The notes beneath the pieces were generated by a model. The model was given only the letters and a program-made list of their open reading frames with translations, was not told the DNA's origin and did no database searches. Shown piece after piece: positions 8,862 through 18,972 of a stretch of 64,000 nt of DNA (the first letter of the stretch is position 1; every line of letters starts with the position of its first letter). Where the stretch lies: contig CAZOZF010000002.1 in NCBI GenBank assembly GCA_964584205.1, positions 160 to 64,159 on the forward strand. Direction: 5' to 3'. Position numbers and translations under genes: made by a program. This stretch comes from an uncultured Verrucomicrobiota bacterium. GTDB taxonomy: Bacteria > Verrucomicrobiota > Kiritimatiellia > CAIKKV01 > CAITUY01.

Positions 8862-11800
8862 ATGAGAGAAAACCTATCAAGTTGTAGAATCATTCTGGGG
8901 GTCCTCGCGGTCATCTGGACCACTTTGAGTTCCTCGCAGGCGGTAACCACTGGTTTTAATCAAACAACCGTGGGGCCTCACGATTATAATACGGCCGGCA
9001 ATTGGGTCGAGAACTCGCTTCCCGGCAATGGCATCTGGGACAGTTCGCTGACGTTGGGGGCGAATCAATTCGTTACATTCACCGGCGACACCTCATTGAC
9101 CACCGCGTTGAATTTCAATTATGCCGGCAACAAATCCCTCACGCTTTATTCTTCTGCGGCTGGGACCGTCAACCTTACGCTCGGTGGTGACATTGGCGTG
9201 AATACCAGTGGCGGCACCTCGGCAAACGTCACAATTGGTAATGCGACCCAGATCCTTAATGTCAACCTAGGCGGTACAACCCGCACCATGACGGTGGCGT
9301 CCGGTCGAACGTTGACCCTTCAGAATGTCGTTTCTAGTGGTGGCATCATAAAGGGGGGTGACGGCACGCTGACGCTGAACGGCAACAACACCTACAGCGG
9401 TGGCACCACCATCAGCGCGGGAACGAATATTCTCGGAAATGCCAATGCTTTGGGCACATCGGGAACGATCACGTTGGGCTCTTCCGGTTCCGGGGCGAGG
9501 TTGATGATTGCTGGACTTACCATTACACGCCCTATCACAGTGTCTGCAGGAACGGGTACAGTAGGTATTGGTGCACAGGGCGGTACCCTTAGTGGAGTGA
9601 TCGCGCTAAACCGTCCCGTCAGCTTGAGTGGAGTTAATGTCTATGGCGGCATTTCCGGGACGGGCGATGTGACTATCGACTCTTCATTCTACAGTGGATA
9701 TCTTATAACCAGTTTCGCCGCCGTGTCCGGCGGCGGCGTAGCCAATACCTTCAACGGAAATTTGTATATTCTTTCCGGTGCCACTTTGAACGTTGGCAGC
9801 GGTTGGGCGTCGAGCATCAGTGCGATTCCTGACTCATCGACAGTGAATGTAGTTGGCACTTTAAGTATATTAAAAAGCGCGAATGGCGAAACCATTGATG
9901 CTCTGACCGGAAACGGCATTGTGACTGCGGCTTCGAGTGGTGGAACGTTAACCATTGGCAGCGCCAATGGTTCCGGTGCTTTCAGCGGTGCTATCGGTGG
10001 TTCTGGCGCCATCATCGTCAAGACGGGTATCGGGACCGAGATCTTCAGCGGCGTCAATACCTACACGGGAACCACGACCGTCAATGGCGGGGCGCTCCTC
10101 ATCAACAGCCCCGGGTCCCTTCATGCCAGCAGTGCGGTTTCCGTGAATCCCGTCGGCTGGGCAACCCTCGGGGGAAACGGTACTATTAACGGTTCGGTTG
10201 CGGTAGCTGCGGGCGGTTTTTTGGCTCCAGGTAGCGCCTCCGGCACCATCGGCAAACTCTCCCTGTCCAGCACGCTGACCCTGAACGGGGGCTTTCTGGC
10301 CTTTGATCTCAACGCGGATACAACAGCCGGTACGACCTACGATCAGATCGCCATTACCAGTACCTTGACTATGAGTGGTGTGAACGTCATTCAGCTCAGT
10401 TCCCCCTCGGGTTCGATTGCGGTGGGAACCTATACGCTCATGACCTTTGCCTCCTCGACGGCAAGCACGTTCAAATTCCCGAATGGAACCGAATCCATGA
10501 TCATCGGGAGTTCCACCCTTACTCTCATTAACGGCACCACGAGCCTGACTCTAACCGTGGCTAACGCAAGCGCTTCAGTACCGCCCTTTGCTGCCTTGAC
10601 GTGGAAAGGTAATTCCAGCGGCACATGGGACACGTCAACCGCGAACTGGCTCAATAGCGCCGCCGTCTCGTCGGCCTACGCTGAAGGGAACCAGGTTGCG
10701 TTTGATGACACCGCTTCCGGGAACTTCTCCGTCAGCGGGGGGACGGTCTCGCCCCTTTCCGTGACTGTCGGCAACACCGTCAACGCCTACACGATTTCGG
10801 CCGCGATTGCGGGCCCCACGCCTTTACTCAAAATCGGGTCGGGTACCTTGACTCTCTCTGGCGCCAACACGTACAGTGGCGGTACAACGCTCTCCGCAGG
10901 AACGCTCAATCTTGCCAATACAACGGCCCTGGGTGCTACTGCCAGCACGCTTACAATCAATGGGGGAGCCATACTCGACGGCAATGTGACGATTGCGAAT
11001 GCCAACGCTCAGAATTGGAACGGTGATTTCACCTTCAGCGGGACCAGCGGAAGTTTGAACCTGGGAACCGGTGCGGTGACGCCGAGTGCCAATCGTACGG
11101 TCACCGTTTCGGCCAATACCCTGACCGTAGGCGGGGCGATCGGCGGTGGTGCCAAGAGTTTGACCAAGCTCGGCGACGGAACCCTGATCCTTTCCGGGGC
11201 GAACACCTACAGTAGCACGACGACGGTGGGTGGCGGTACATTGAAGATAGACGCCGGGGCCGGTGGCGCTCTCAATTCCTCGTCGCCGCTGACCTTCAAC
11301 ACCGGTGGTGGCGTGTTCAATTATGATAATGCGAATGCCGGGGGCGCCAAAAGTCAGAGCCTGGGGGCGCTGACGTTCAGTGCGGGGGATGGAGTGGTGA
11401 AGGTTACGCGTACGGCGATTCAGAATGTTTTTCTGACGCTAGCTTCTAGGGCCCGCACAGCCGGAGCTTCGGGGAACTTCGTTCTCACCGACACGGCTGG
11501 CGGTGGCGTCAATGGAACGAATCTCAAAATTGCATTAACGACACCGCCCACGGCCAGTGTCTTCATCGACCAAGGCACCTTTTTCAACGGATCCTCGTAC
11601 GCCGCCTATGACTCAGGCGGGTTCGTGCGGGCAATGAATTATACCACCGATAATAGCAGTGCTGGTGGCAGCGTGGGGAGCAGCTTCACGACTTTTACGG
11701 TCGCCAGCGCGAATGGCAAACACGTCGATCTTGGCACAGCCGGAATCATTTCGGCTGCGGGGACTGAAAGCATAAAGAGTTTGCGTATTGGCGGTGTTAA

Positions 11801-14800
11801 TACCGTTACCGTGGGTGCCGGGAATACTTTAACAATCGCAAACGGGGGTATCCTCAAGACGGGTAGTAATGCCTCGTCAATTAGTGGCGGAAACGCAATT
11901 TCGCCTACTGTTGAATTAGTGGTACGCACAGATACCAGTAGTGATGCGCTGACGATCAGCACGCCGGTTACAGGATCGCAGGCTCTGACCAAATCTGGCG
12001 CCGGCACAGTGACATTTTCCGGCGCGAACACCTACAGCGGCGCGACCAAGGTCGATGCGGGCACTCTTCTGGTGAACAATACGCATATTGTCAACAGCTC
12101 GACTGAAGCTTACACCGTGTTGAACGCTGCCACGCTGGGCGGTAGTGGTCAAATTAAATTGAATCAGGTTATCACCGTCAACAGTGGCGGGTTCCTTGCC
12201 CCTGGTAACGGGCTCAATTCGTCGCTGAAAATTGATGGTGGTACCAAGGCCACCGCGGGACTTCTTACCATGTCCTCCGGTGCGAAGTTCAGCTTTTCCT
12301 TGGATGCCACCGGAGCGGGTAACCCGACCATGCTGGACTTCTGGAATTACGCGGCTAACGATTTAGCGCTCAACAGCAACGTGGTCAACCTCACGCTTTC
12401 CGGGAATCACACGCCGGGCACTTACACAAATAGCATTTTTCGCTTCTACAGCGACACGGGCAGCTCGGCGACCCCCCACGGTATCAGTTCCGGCCTGACC
12501 ATTGGTACCGTGGATTCCGGCATCTCCTCGCCCTCCATCATCTACAGTGCAAATACGATCGACGTCGCCTACACGATCCTGCCCGGGGCGGCCGATGCGA
12601 TGCGATCGACCCTGACGCCGACGAGTGCGAGTATCACGGCCAATGGGATAGCCTCACAGATCTTGACCGTTCAGGCGAAAGATTCCTACGGCAACTACCT
12701 GACCTCTGGCGGCGCGACCGTGACGATCACGAAATCCTCCGGTACGGGTACGATTGGTAGCGTGACGGACAACAACAACGGCACCTATACGGCGACGGTG
12801 ACTGCGCCGGAGACCACGGGTAGCGGCGTCTTTGTGGCGACATTGGGTGGGGACCAGGTCAAGAGCGGAGAAGGTAGCCAGACGCAGGCGGCGGTCTCCT
12901 ATGTCTCTGGCCCGGCGGATCACCTTACGATCACCTCTTCGATCTCTGGCCTGATCGCTGGCGATACGAGGGAGATTACGGCTGAAATCCGGGATGGAAC
13001 CGGGAATCTGTGCACGGGAGATTCGACCTCGGTTCATTTCTCGCAGTCGGGTGCTGGTAGCGTCAGCGGTCTCCCCGCCGATGTGGCGGCCGTTTCCGGC
13101 ATTGCGACCCAGCAGGTTACAGGCAGTGCTGGGGGTTCAGTTACCATCACCGCGCATGTGGACGGGTTGACTGATGGCAGCACGACATTCACAGTGCTCC
13201 AATCCTCGGCAAGCGCCTATTCGATTCAGGTTTCTGGGAGCAGCAGTGCGACCACGGCGGCAGGCAGTGGCGTGCATCTGACGGTGATTGCACTGGATGG
13301 CTCCGGCAACACGATGACCGATTTCGACTCCGACAAGGCCCTTTCGTTCTATGGACTGGTCAGTTCCCCGAACAGCACGGCGCCGACGGTCACCGACAAG
13401 AATGGCGTCGCAAGATCGGTCACATCCACGGTCGGTTTGCCCAACACCACGCTCACATTTGTCGATGGCGTGGCGGATGTGGGTGGCGTAGATAATCCGG
13501 TGCTAACGGCGTATAACGGAATCAGCTCAGCGGTGATGTTGCATTGCTCGGATGGAACTAAGAGCACGGAAAGTACCCATGGCTCTGGCTTGAGTTTAAC
13601 AGTTAATCCCGCCAGTGCGAGCACGCTGACGGTGAACGGGTTCCCAACCTCCGCAACGGCGGGAATACCGGGCGATGTGACGGTGACGGCCAAGGATCCC
13701 TATGGAAACACAGACCCAAGTTATGCCGGAACAATCACATTCACCGTTGGGGTGGCTGATACCGGGAAGACAGTTCCGTCCGACTTTACGTTTATACCGG
13801 CCACGCACAATGGAGCGCATGCGTTTAGCGGTGGTGTGACACTCACGAAGGCAGTCACTGGCGGCGGCCAGTCGATCATTGCGACGGACAAGAATGCCGG
13901 GAGCATTAACGGGACACAAAGCGGTATCACGGTCAATCCCGGTACGGCGAATATGCTGGCACTCGATTCGGGGGACGGGCAGCTCGGGAGCGGGTCGGCG
14001 GCTCTTGCCAGTCCCTTCGTGGTAAAGGTGACTGATGTCTACAACAATCTGGTGCCGGGCGTCACGGTTGATTTTGCGGTCTCAACGTATCCTGCGAGTG
14101 CGACGGGGCAAGCGTTGAGCCCCGCGAGTCCCGCCACAGGTAGTGATGGCAAGGCGTCCAGCACTCTAACCTTGGGAGACAAGCAGGGGGCCTATACGGT
14201 TACTGCGACGGCCTCCGTTCCCAACGGTAGCCCCGTGACCTTCACCGCCACCGCCGCGCCGATAGGATCTGTGATCAAGGCTGGTACGGGAACCGACCTT
14301 GCGGCCGTCGGAAGTTGGGATGGTGGTGCCGTGCCGGGTTCCGGCAACAAGGCCTATTGGTCGAGTGCTTCACTCGGCGCAAATCTGACACTGGGTTCCT
14401 CTGCGTCGTGGGGGAGCATCACAGTTGAGGGCGCCCTAACAGACATCGGTATCACCGGGGCGGGTACGCTCACGCTCGGCGAGAACGGCATCGATCTGTC
14501 GGCATCCCCAGTCAATCTTTCGATCGGAAACCCTATCACGCTTGGAGCCGCCCAGACATGGGTCGTGAACTCGGCTAAGACGTTGACGGCATCGGGAATC
14601 GTCGGTGGAAGCGTGGCTAGCGCACTGGTCAAGGACGGCGCGGGCACGCTTACCCTATTGCATACCAACACGTACGGTGGTGATACGACGATCAGCAACG
14701 GAACGTTCGAAATCGGCGGCGCGGGTCAATTGGGTGGCGGAACGTATACCGGTGCCATCACGAACCACGGCCTATTGCGAGTGAACAGTTCCGCCAGTCA

Positions 14801-16145
14801 GACGCTGGGCGGCATCGTCAGCGGTAACGGAAGTCTGATTAAATCCAGCACAGGGACATTGACGCTGAACGGCATTAATACCTACAGCGGTGGGACGACG
14901 ATCAGCGCAGGTACGGTTATCGTTGGAAATACCAATGCGTTGGGCTCGTCGGGTACGATTACGTTGGGGGATGTCAATTCCGGCGCGAATGCGATTACGT
15001 TTGTGGCCACTGCCAATCCGTATTCTTGCCCCTTCACCGTGGCCAACTATGGGGGCACGGTGACCCTCACCACCGCTGGCGGGAAGTTTTCGGGAGCGAT
15101 CACGTTGAACCGCAACGTTAAATTGGTCCCGAATTCAAATAATGCGGCCAATTTTGATGGTGGTTTTTCCGGGTCGGGTGATCTGACGATTACGAATTAT
15201 AATGGTTATGGCGTCGCTCTCCGCTTTGCCGACAATACCTTTACTGGGAATGTATATGTTCTCGCGGGTAGCACGTTGAGTGTTGGTAGTAGCCAGGCGC
15301 TAAACGGGTCGCTCAAAAGCCTGATTCCCGACTCGTCTGTCGTAAATGTCCTCGGCACGATGACTGTGGCCTTACTTGGGCGCAACGAAACAATCGATGC
15401 CCTGACTGGTTCCGGCTCGGTGACGTTCGGTCAGGTTGGTGACACGTTGACCGTCGGTGGGGGTAATGGCTCCGGTACGTTCAGTGGCGTTATCAGCACC
15501 TCAGGCGGTATCATCAAGATCGGAACCGGCACGCAGACTCTCAGCGGTAATAACACCTACACAGGCGTAACGACGATCTCAAATGGCGCGCTGAAAGTTT
15601 CGGGGGGCTTGCTGGGTAATACCGCCATTTCGCTAGCCGGCACCGGCACCTTGGCTATCCAGCCGGGCAGTGCCACGGCGATTAGCGCGGGCAATACGGC
15701 TACCGCTTCGGCAGGCGCGACGTTGAACCTCGGTAGCAGGACCTTTGACATGACAGATTCAGCCGTTAGCACCTTTAGCCTTATGCAGGGGTCGAGCTTT
15801 TCGGGAGCCGCCCTGACGATTACCACGGGCGCAACCTTGAAGTTCAATCTTGGCAACACGGGTGCCGACCTGTTGGCGGTTACCAAGGCTGCTGCTGTGA
15901 GTGGAACGATTAATGTGACCCTTGATGCCACGGGTGCGGTTTCGCTGACACAGGGCACCTTCGCTCTCATTACGGCGGCTTCCGGTCTGATCAGTAGCAA
16001 CCCGACCTGGCAGTTCACCGGTGGCGGAACCACCCGGATTATCACCATCGGGGGGGCGGACTACGGACTGACCCTCACCCCCACGGATACGGCGATTTCG
16101 GTACACTGTTTCGCTATATGCGGCTCAGTTTATACGATTCGGTAA
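8862..16145 (+). CDS. giant (2427 aa) secreted surface/adhesin-like protein: autotransporter-associated beta-strand repeats + multiple bacterial Ig-like (Big_1/invasin-like) domains
   Basis: RBS aggggg upstream; signal peptide MRENLSSCRIILGVLAVIWTTLSSSQA; many LTLSGANTYSGGTT.SAGT repeat units; central Ig-like block (ITANGIASQILTVQAKDSYGNYL..., TSSISGLIAGDTREITAEIRDGTGNL..., VNGFPTSATAGIPGDVTVTAKDPYGNTD...); C-terminal module is a near-duplicate of gene 7020..8723. Confidence 0.85.
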   Translation: MRENLSSCRIILGVLAVIWTTLSSSQAVTTGFNQTTVGPHDYNTAGNWVENSLPGNGIWDSSLTLGANQFVTFTGDTSLTTALNFNYAGNKSLTLYSSAAGTVNLTLGGDIGVNTSGGTSANVTIGNATQILNVNLGGTTRTMTVASGRTLTLQNVVSSGGIIKGGDGTLTLNGNNTYSGGTTISAGTNILGNANALGTSGTITLGSSGSGARLMIAGLTITRPITVSAGTGTVGIGAQGGTLSGVIALNRPVSLSGVNVYGGISGTGDVTIDSSFYSGYLITSFAAVSGGGVANTFNGNLYILSGATLNVGSGWASSISAIPDSSTVNVVGTLSILKSANGETIDALTGNGIVTAASSGGTLTIGSANGSGAFSGAIGGSGAIIVKTGIGTEIFSGVNTYTGTTTVNGGALLINSPGSLHASSAVSVNPVGWATLGGNGTINGSVAVAAGGFLAPGSASGTIGKLSLSSTLTLNGGFLAFDLNADTTAGTTYDQIAITSTLTMSGVNVIQLSSPSGSIAVGTYTLMTFASSTASTFKFPNGTESMIIGSSTLTLINGTTSLTLTVANASASVPPFAALTWKGNSSGTWDTSTANWLNSAAVSSAYAEGNQVAFDDTASGNFSVSGGTVSPLSVTVGNTVNAYTISAAIAGPTPLLKIGSGTLTLSGANTYSGGTTLSAGTLNLANTTALGATASTLTINGGAILDGNVTIANANAQNWNGDFTFSGTSGSLNLGTGAVTPSANRTVTVSANTLTVGGAIGGGAKSLTKLGDGTLILSGANTYSSTTTVGGGTLKIDAGAGGALNSSSPLTFNTGGGVFNYDNANAGGAKSQSLGALTFSAGDGVVKVTRTAIQNVFLTLASRARTAGASGNFVLTDTAGGGVNGTNLKIALTTPPTASVFIDQGTFFNGSSYAAYDSGGFVRAMNYTTDNSSAGGSVGSSFTTFTVASANGKHVDLGTAGIISAAGTESIKSLRIGGVNTVTVGAGNTLTIANGGILKTGSNASSISGGNAISPTVELVVRTDTSSDALTISTPVTGSQALTKSGAGTVTFSGANTYSGATKVDAGTLLVNNTHIVNSSTEAYTVLNAATLGGSGQIKLNQVITVNSGGFLAPGNGLNSSLKIDGGTKATAGLLTMSSGAKFSFSLDATGAGNPTMLDFWNYAANDLALNSNVVNLTLSGNHTPGTYTNSIFRFYSDTGSSATPHGISSGLTIGTVDSGISSPSIIYSANTIDVAYTILPGAADAMRSTLTPTSASITANGIASQILTVQAKDSYGNYLTSGGATVTITKSSGTGTIGSVTDNNNGTYTATVTAPETTGSGVFVATLGGDQVKSGEGSQTQAAVSYVSGPADHLTITSSISGLIAGDTREITAEIRDGTGNLCTGDSTSVHFSQSGAGSVSGLPADVAAVSGIATQQVTGSAGGSVTITAHVDGLTDGSTTFTVLQSSASAYSIQVSGSSSATTAAGSGVHLTVIALDGSGNTMTDFDSDKALSFYGLVSSPNSTAPTVTDKNGVARSVTSTVGLPNTTLTFVDGVADVGGVDNPVLTAYNGISSAVMLHCSDGTKSTESTHGSGLSLTVNPASASTLTVNGFPTSATAGIPGDVTVTAKDPYGNTDPSYAGTITFTVGVADTGKTVPSDFTFIPATHNGAHAFSGGVTLTKAVTGGGQSIIATDKNAGSINGTQSGITVNPGTANMLALDSGDGQLGSGSAALASPFVVKVTDVYNNLVPGVTVDFAVSTYPASATGQALSPASPATGSDGKASSTLTLGDKQGAYTVTATASVPNGSPVTFTATAAPIGSVIKAGTGTDLAAVGSWDGGAVPGSGNKAYWSSASLGANLTLGSSASWGSITVEGALTDIGITGAGTLTLGENGIDLSASPVNLSIGNPITLGAAQTWVVNSAKTLTASGIVGGSVASALVKDGAGTLTLLHTNTYGGDTTISNGTFEIGGAGQLGGGTYTGAITNHGLLRVNSSASQTLGGIVSGNGSLIKSSTGTLTLNGINTYSGGTTISAGTVIVGNTNALGSSGTITLGDVNSGANAITFVATANPYSCPFTVANYGGTVTLTTAGGKFSGAITLNRNVKLVPNSNNAANFDGGFSGSGDLTITNYNGYGVALRFADNTFTGNVYVLAGSTLSVGSSQALNGSLKSLIPDSSVVNVLGTMTVALLGRNETIDALTGSGSVTFGQVGDTLTVGGGNGSGTFSGVISTSGGIIKIGTGTQTLSGNNTYTGVTTISNGALKVSGGLLGNTAISLAGTGTLAIQPGSATAISAGNTATASAGATLNLGSRTFDMTDSAVSTFSLMQGSSFSGAALTITTGATLKFNLGNTGADLLAVTKAAAVSGTINVTLDATGAVSLTQGTFALITAASGLISSNPTWQFTGGGTTRIITIGGADYGLTLTPTDTAISVHCFAICGSVYTIR
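9370..10020. repeat. diverged third copy of the ~650-bp module (protein-level ~55-60% similarity to 7509..8155 / 14859..15505)
   Basis: Peptide LTLNGNNTYSGGTTISAGTNILGNANALGTSGTITLG...SISAIPDSSTVNVVGTLSILKSANGETIDALTGNG...GSANGSGAFSGAIGGSG is colinear with the two near-identical copies. Confidence 0.55.
14859..15505. repeat. ~650-bp direct repeat, copy 2 (~90% nt identity to 7509..8155)
   Basis: See copy 1; lies inside the 3' part of the 2427-aa gene. Confidence 0.8.
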
Positions 16146-16199
16146 CGGGACTCGCCCTGCCTTTTCATCCTCCGGGCCCGTGGGTTCGCCCTTGGCAAT

Positions 16200-16246
16200 T
16201 TGACCCGATTCGCCCTAAAAAAAACTCATAATGCTCTATGCAGACC
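16200..16246 (+). promoter_or_regulatory. conserved upstream motif copy B (ttgacccgattcgccctaaaaaaaactcataatgctctatgcagacc)
   Basis: ~70 bp upstream of the GH95 start at 16316; contains TTGACC and cATAAT hexamers. Confidence 0.5.
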
Positions 16247-16315
16247 GCCGTGAATGTGGGAGAACGTTTCGAGTTCATTTGCCGATTAATACAATGCAGG
16301 AGAAGGGTGGTCGTA

Positions 16316-18949
16316 ATGAGAAAAATGTCTACGATGGGGTGTATGCATTTCCTGGCGCTTGTGTTTGTAGGGTTTATCATCCCGGCTTTCGCCAGCATGG
16401 AAAATATCCTGTGGTATCAGAAGCCCGCCGGTTACTCCATCAATGAAGCGCTGCCCGTTGGTAACGGGAAACTGGGGGGGCTGATTGATGGGGTGCCAAT
16501 CGTCGAGCGTGTGGTGCTCAACGAAATCAGTCTCTGGACCGGGGATGAAAAGACGGCGACCGGCGGGTACGATCAAATGGGTTCTTACCAGACGCTGGGC
16601 GTTCTCCTTGTTGATACCGCCGCCCGGCTGGGCGAGGATGAAGTAAAGGTGCCGACCGTGATCTGCGCCAGCAGGCAGGAACCCTATTATCAGAGTGAAG
16701 GTATTGCGGCGAGTGTGGACAACAAGCTTGGAACCAAATGGTGTGTAGTGCCCGATGGAGTGCCGCTGATCTGGGAAGTCAGGCTGCCCGAGGCCCGCGT
16801 GGTCAATCAGTACTCGTTCACCTCAGCCCCTGATGTCCCGGAACGGGATCCGTCCACCTGGGAGTTCAGTGGATCCAGCAACGGCAGGGACTGGATCACC
16901 TTGGATCGCCATGAGAATGATAAGCCTTTTACAAAACGCTGCGAAGTAAAGGCTTTTACATGCACGAATACCCAGGCGTTCAAGAGCTACAGGGTGACGT
17001 TTGCTCCCAATAAACGCGTCATGCATTTCCAGCTTTCCGAAATATCCATTCCGGGCGTGGTATTTCCGGCCCGAGAGGCTCCCGCCACGGTGGAGGCCTA
17101 TCGCCGGTCGCTTGATATTTCCACCGCACTGCATTGGGTGTCTTACAAGTTGGGTGACATGAACTGCCGGCGCGAAACGTTTGCCTCGCATCCGGATGAG
17201 GTGATGGTCATGCGGCTGACGGCGGATAAACCCGGGTCATGCAGTGGGGCGGTTCAACTTAAAGGCGGTCACCGTGAGGAGACCCAGGCATTCGGTAATG
17301 GATTGGAATTTTCCGGAGTACTCACCAATAACCTGAAGTACGACACCCGCGTTGTGGTACTGAATGACGGGGGCAAGGTGCGGTCAAGCGAGGGCCGGGT
17401 GTTTTTCGATAAATGTGATAGCGTTACGATCCTGCTGGCGGCCGCTACGGATTATACGCCCGATCATTCCCGAGCCTACCGGGGTGGGGATCCCAAGGAG
17501 ATTGTCGGGAAGCGGCTTGCCGCAGCGGCTAGGAAGACTTATGACGCCCTGAAGACGGCGCATATCAAAGAGTACCAGTCCTATTTCAGCCGGGTGGCGC
17601 TTGATGTCGGGGCGACCCCGGCGGATCGGTTGTCCCTTCCAACCGATAAGCGGAAGAGCCTGCATGCCGAGAAGGGGGGGGATGCCGATCTCGAGGAGTT
17701 GATGTTCCAATATGGACGCTACCTGCTGATCAGTTGTTCGAGACCCGGCGGATTGCCGGCGAACCTGCAGGGGCTGTGGAACGACAACAATACGCCCCCA
17801 TGGCACAGTGATTACCACGCGAACATCAATGTTCAGATGAACTACTGGCTTGCCGAACCGGCTAATCTGTCCGAGTGTCACACGACCTTTTTGAATTTAA
17901 TTACGAGTCAGCTTCCGGCATGGCGCAAGGCAACGGCGGAAGCCAGGGAATTCAAGTCGGAGACAGGTAAGCCGGTGGGGTGGGCCGTCCGGACCTCGCA
18001 TGGCATCAATGGTGACATGGGCTGGCAGTGGGACATCACGGCGAACGCCTGGTATTGCCAGCATTTCTGGTGGCACTATGTCTATACTGGCGACAAGGCT
18101 TGGCTGAAGACTGTGGCCTATCCCATCATCAAGGAAATCTGTGAATTCTGGGAAGTGCGCATGAAGGCGTTGCCGGATGGAACATTGGTGGTTCCGAATG
18201 GCTGGTCGCCGGAGCATGGTCCCGTCGAGGATGGTGTGAGTTACAACCAGGAGATTGCGTGGGATCTCTTTAATAACTTTGTCGCGGCCAGTGAGGCTTT
18301 GGGTGTGGATGCGGTATACCGGAAGAGGATTGCGGATATGCGCGACAAGCTGATGGTTCCAAAAATCGGGAAATGGGGACAGCTCCAGGAGTGGATGGTT
18401 GACCGGGATGATCCCAATGATCACCATCGCCACACCTCGCATCTGTTCGGGCTTTTCCCGGGGGAACAGTTCAGTGTTTCCAAAACTCCCGCCTTGGCGG
18501 CCGGGGCCAAAAAATCACTCGACGCGCGGGGGCCGGTGGGTGATGTCAGGGAGTGGTCATTTGCCTGGCGAACCGCGCTCTATGCCCGGTTGCGTGAGGG
18601 TGAAAGCGCGTACACGATGTTCAGGAACCTTTTGAACGACCGGAATACCTGTCTCAATCTGTTTGGCAATCATCCGCCGATGCAGATGGATGGCAATTTT
18701 GGTATCACCGCAGGGATCTGCGAGATGCTGATGCAGTCCTACACCGGTACGATCGAGCTGTTGCCTGCGATTCCCAGGGCCTGGCCGAGTGGAATCGTGA
18801 AAGGGTTGAAGGCCCGTGGCAATTTCACCGTGGACATTGCCTGGGCCGACGGCAAGGTTGTTTCCTATAGCATTCGTTCTCCGGATCGTCGTAAAGTTAC
18901 GGTGCGCGTTAATGGCGAGGAAAAAATCGTGAAGACGGATGAACTCTAA
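16316..18949 (+). CDS. glycoside hydrolase family 95 (alpha-L-fucosidase/alpha-L-galactosidase type) with an inserted F5/8 type C (discoidin) carbohydrate-binding domain
   Basis: GH95 motifs LPVGNGKLGGLIDG...LNEISLWTGDE, WHSDYHANINVQMNYW and HRHTSHLFGLFPG; F5/8-C-like insert (LGTKWCVVPDGVPLIWEVRLPEARVVNQYSFTSAP...WEFSGSSNGRDW); start set to the Met preceded by an aggaga RBS (ORF-track start 16238 is probably too far upstream). Confidence 0.88.
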   Translation: MRKMSTMGCMHFLALVFVGFIIPAFASMENILWYQKPAGYSINEALPVGNGKLGGLIDGVPIVERVVLNEISLWTGDEKTATGGYDQMGSYQTLGVLLVDTAARLGEDEVKVPTVICASRQEPYYQSEGIAASVDNKLGTKWCVVPDGVPLIWEVRLPEARVVNQYSFTSAPDVPERDPSTWEFSGSSNGRDWITLDRHENDKPFTKRCEVKAFTCTNTQAFKSYRVTFAPNKRVMHFQLSEISIPGVVFPAREAPATVEAYRRSLDISTALHWVSYKLGDMNCRRETFASHPDEVMVMRLTADKPGSCSGAVQLKGGHREETQAFGNGLEFSGVLTNNLKYDTRVVVLNDGGKVRSSEGRVFFDKCDSVTILLAAATDYTPDHSRAYRGGDPKEIVGKRLAAAARKTYDALKTAHIKEYQSYFSRVALDVGATPADRLSLPTDKRKSLHAEKGGDADLEELMFQYGRYLLISCSRPGGLPANLQGLWNDNNTPPWHSDYHANINVQMNYWLAEPANLSECHTTFLNLITSQLPAWRKATAEAREFKSETGKPVGWAVRTSHGINGDMGWQWDITANAWYCQHFWWHYVYTGDKAWLKTVAYPIIKEICEFWEVRMKALPDGTLVVPNGWSPEHGPVEDGVSYNQEIAWDLFNNFVAASEALGVDAVYRKRIADMRDKLMVPKIGKWGQLQEWMVDRDDPNDHHRHTSHLFGLFPGEQFSVSKTPALAAGAKKSLDARGPVGDVREWSFAWRTALYARLREGESAYTMFRNLLNDRNTCLNLFGNHPPMQMDGNFGITAGICEMLMQSYTGTIELLPAIPRAWPSGIVKGLKARGNFTVDIAWADGKVVSYSIRSPDRRKVTVRVNGEEKIVKTDEL

Positions 18950-18972
18950 TCTGTGAACTGAAAGAGATTCCG

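Noticed and set aside
16146-16200. GC-rich stretch (gggactcgccctgcc...ccgggcccgtgggttcgccc) after the giant gene as a possible terminator hairpin
   Set aside because: The arms are not reverse-complementary on inspection and no T-tract follows, so the evidence for a terminator is insufficient.
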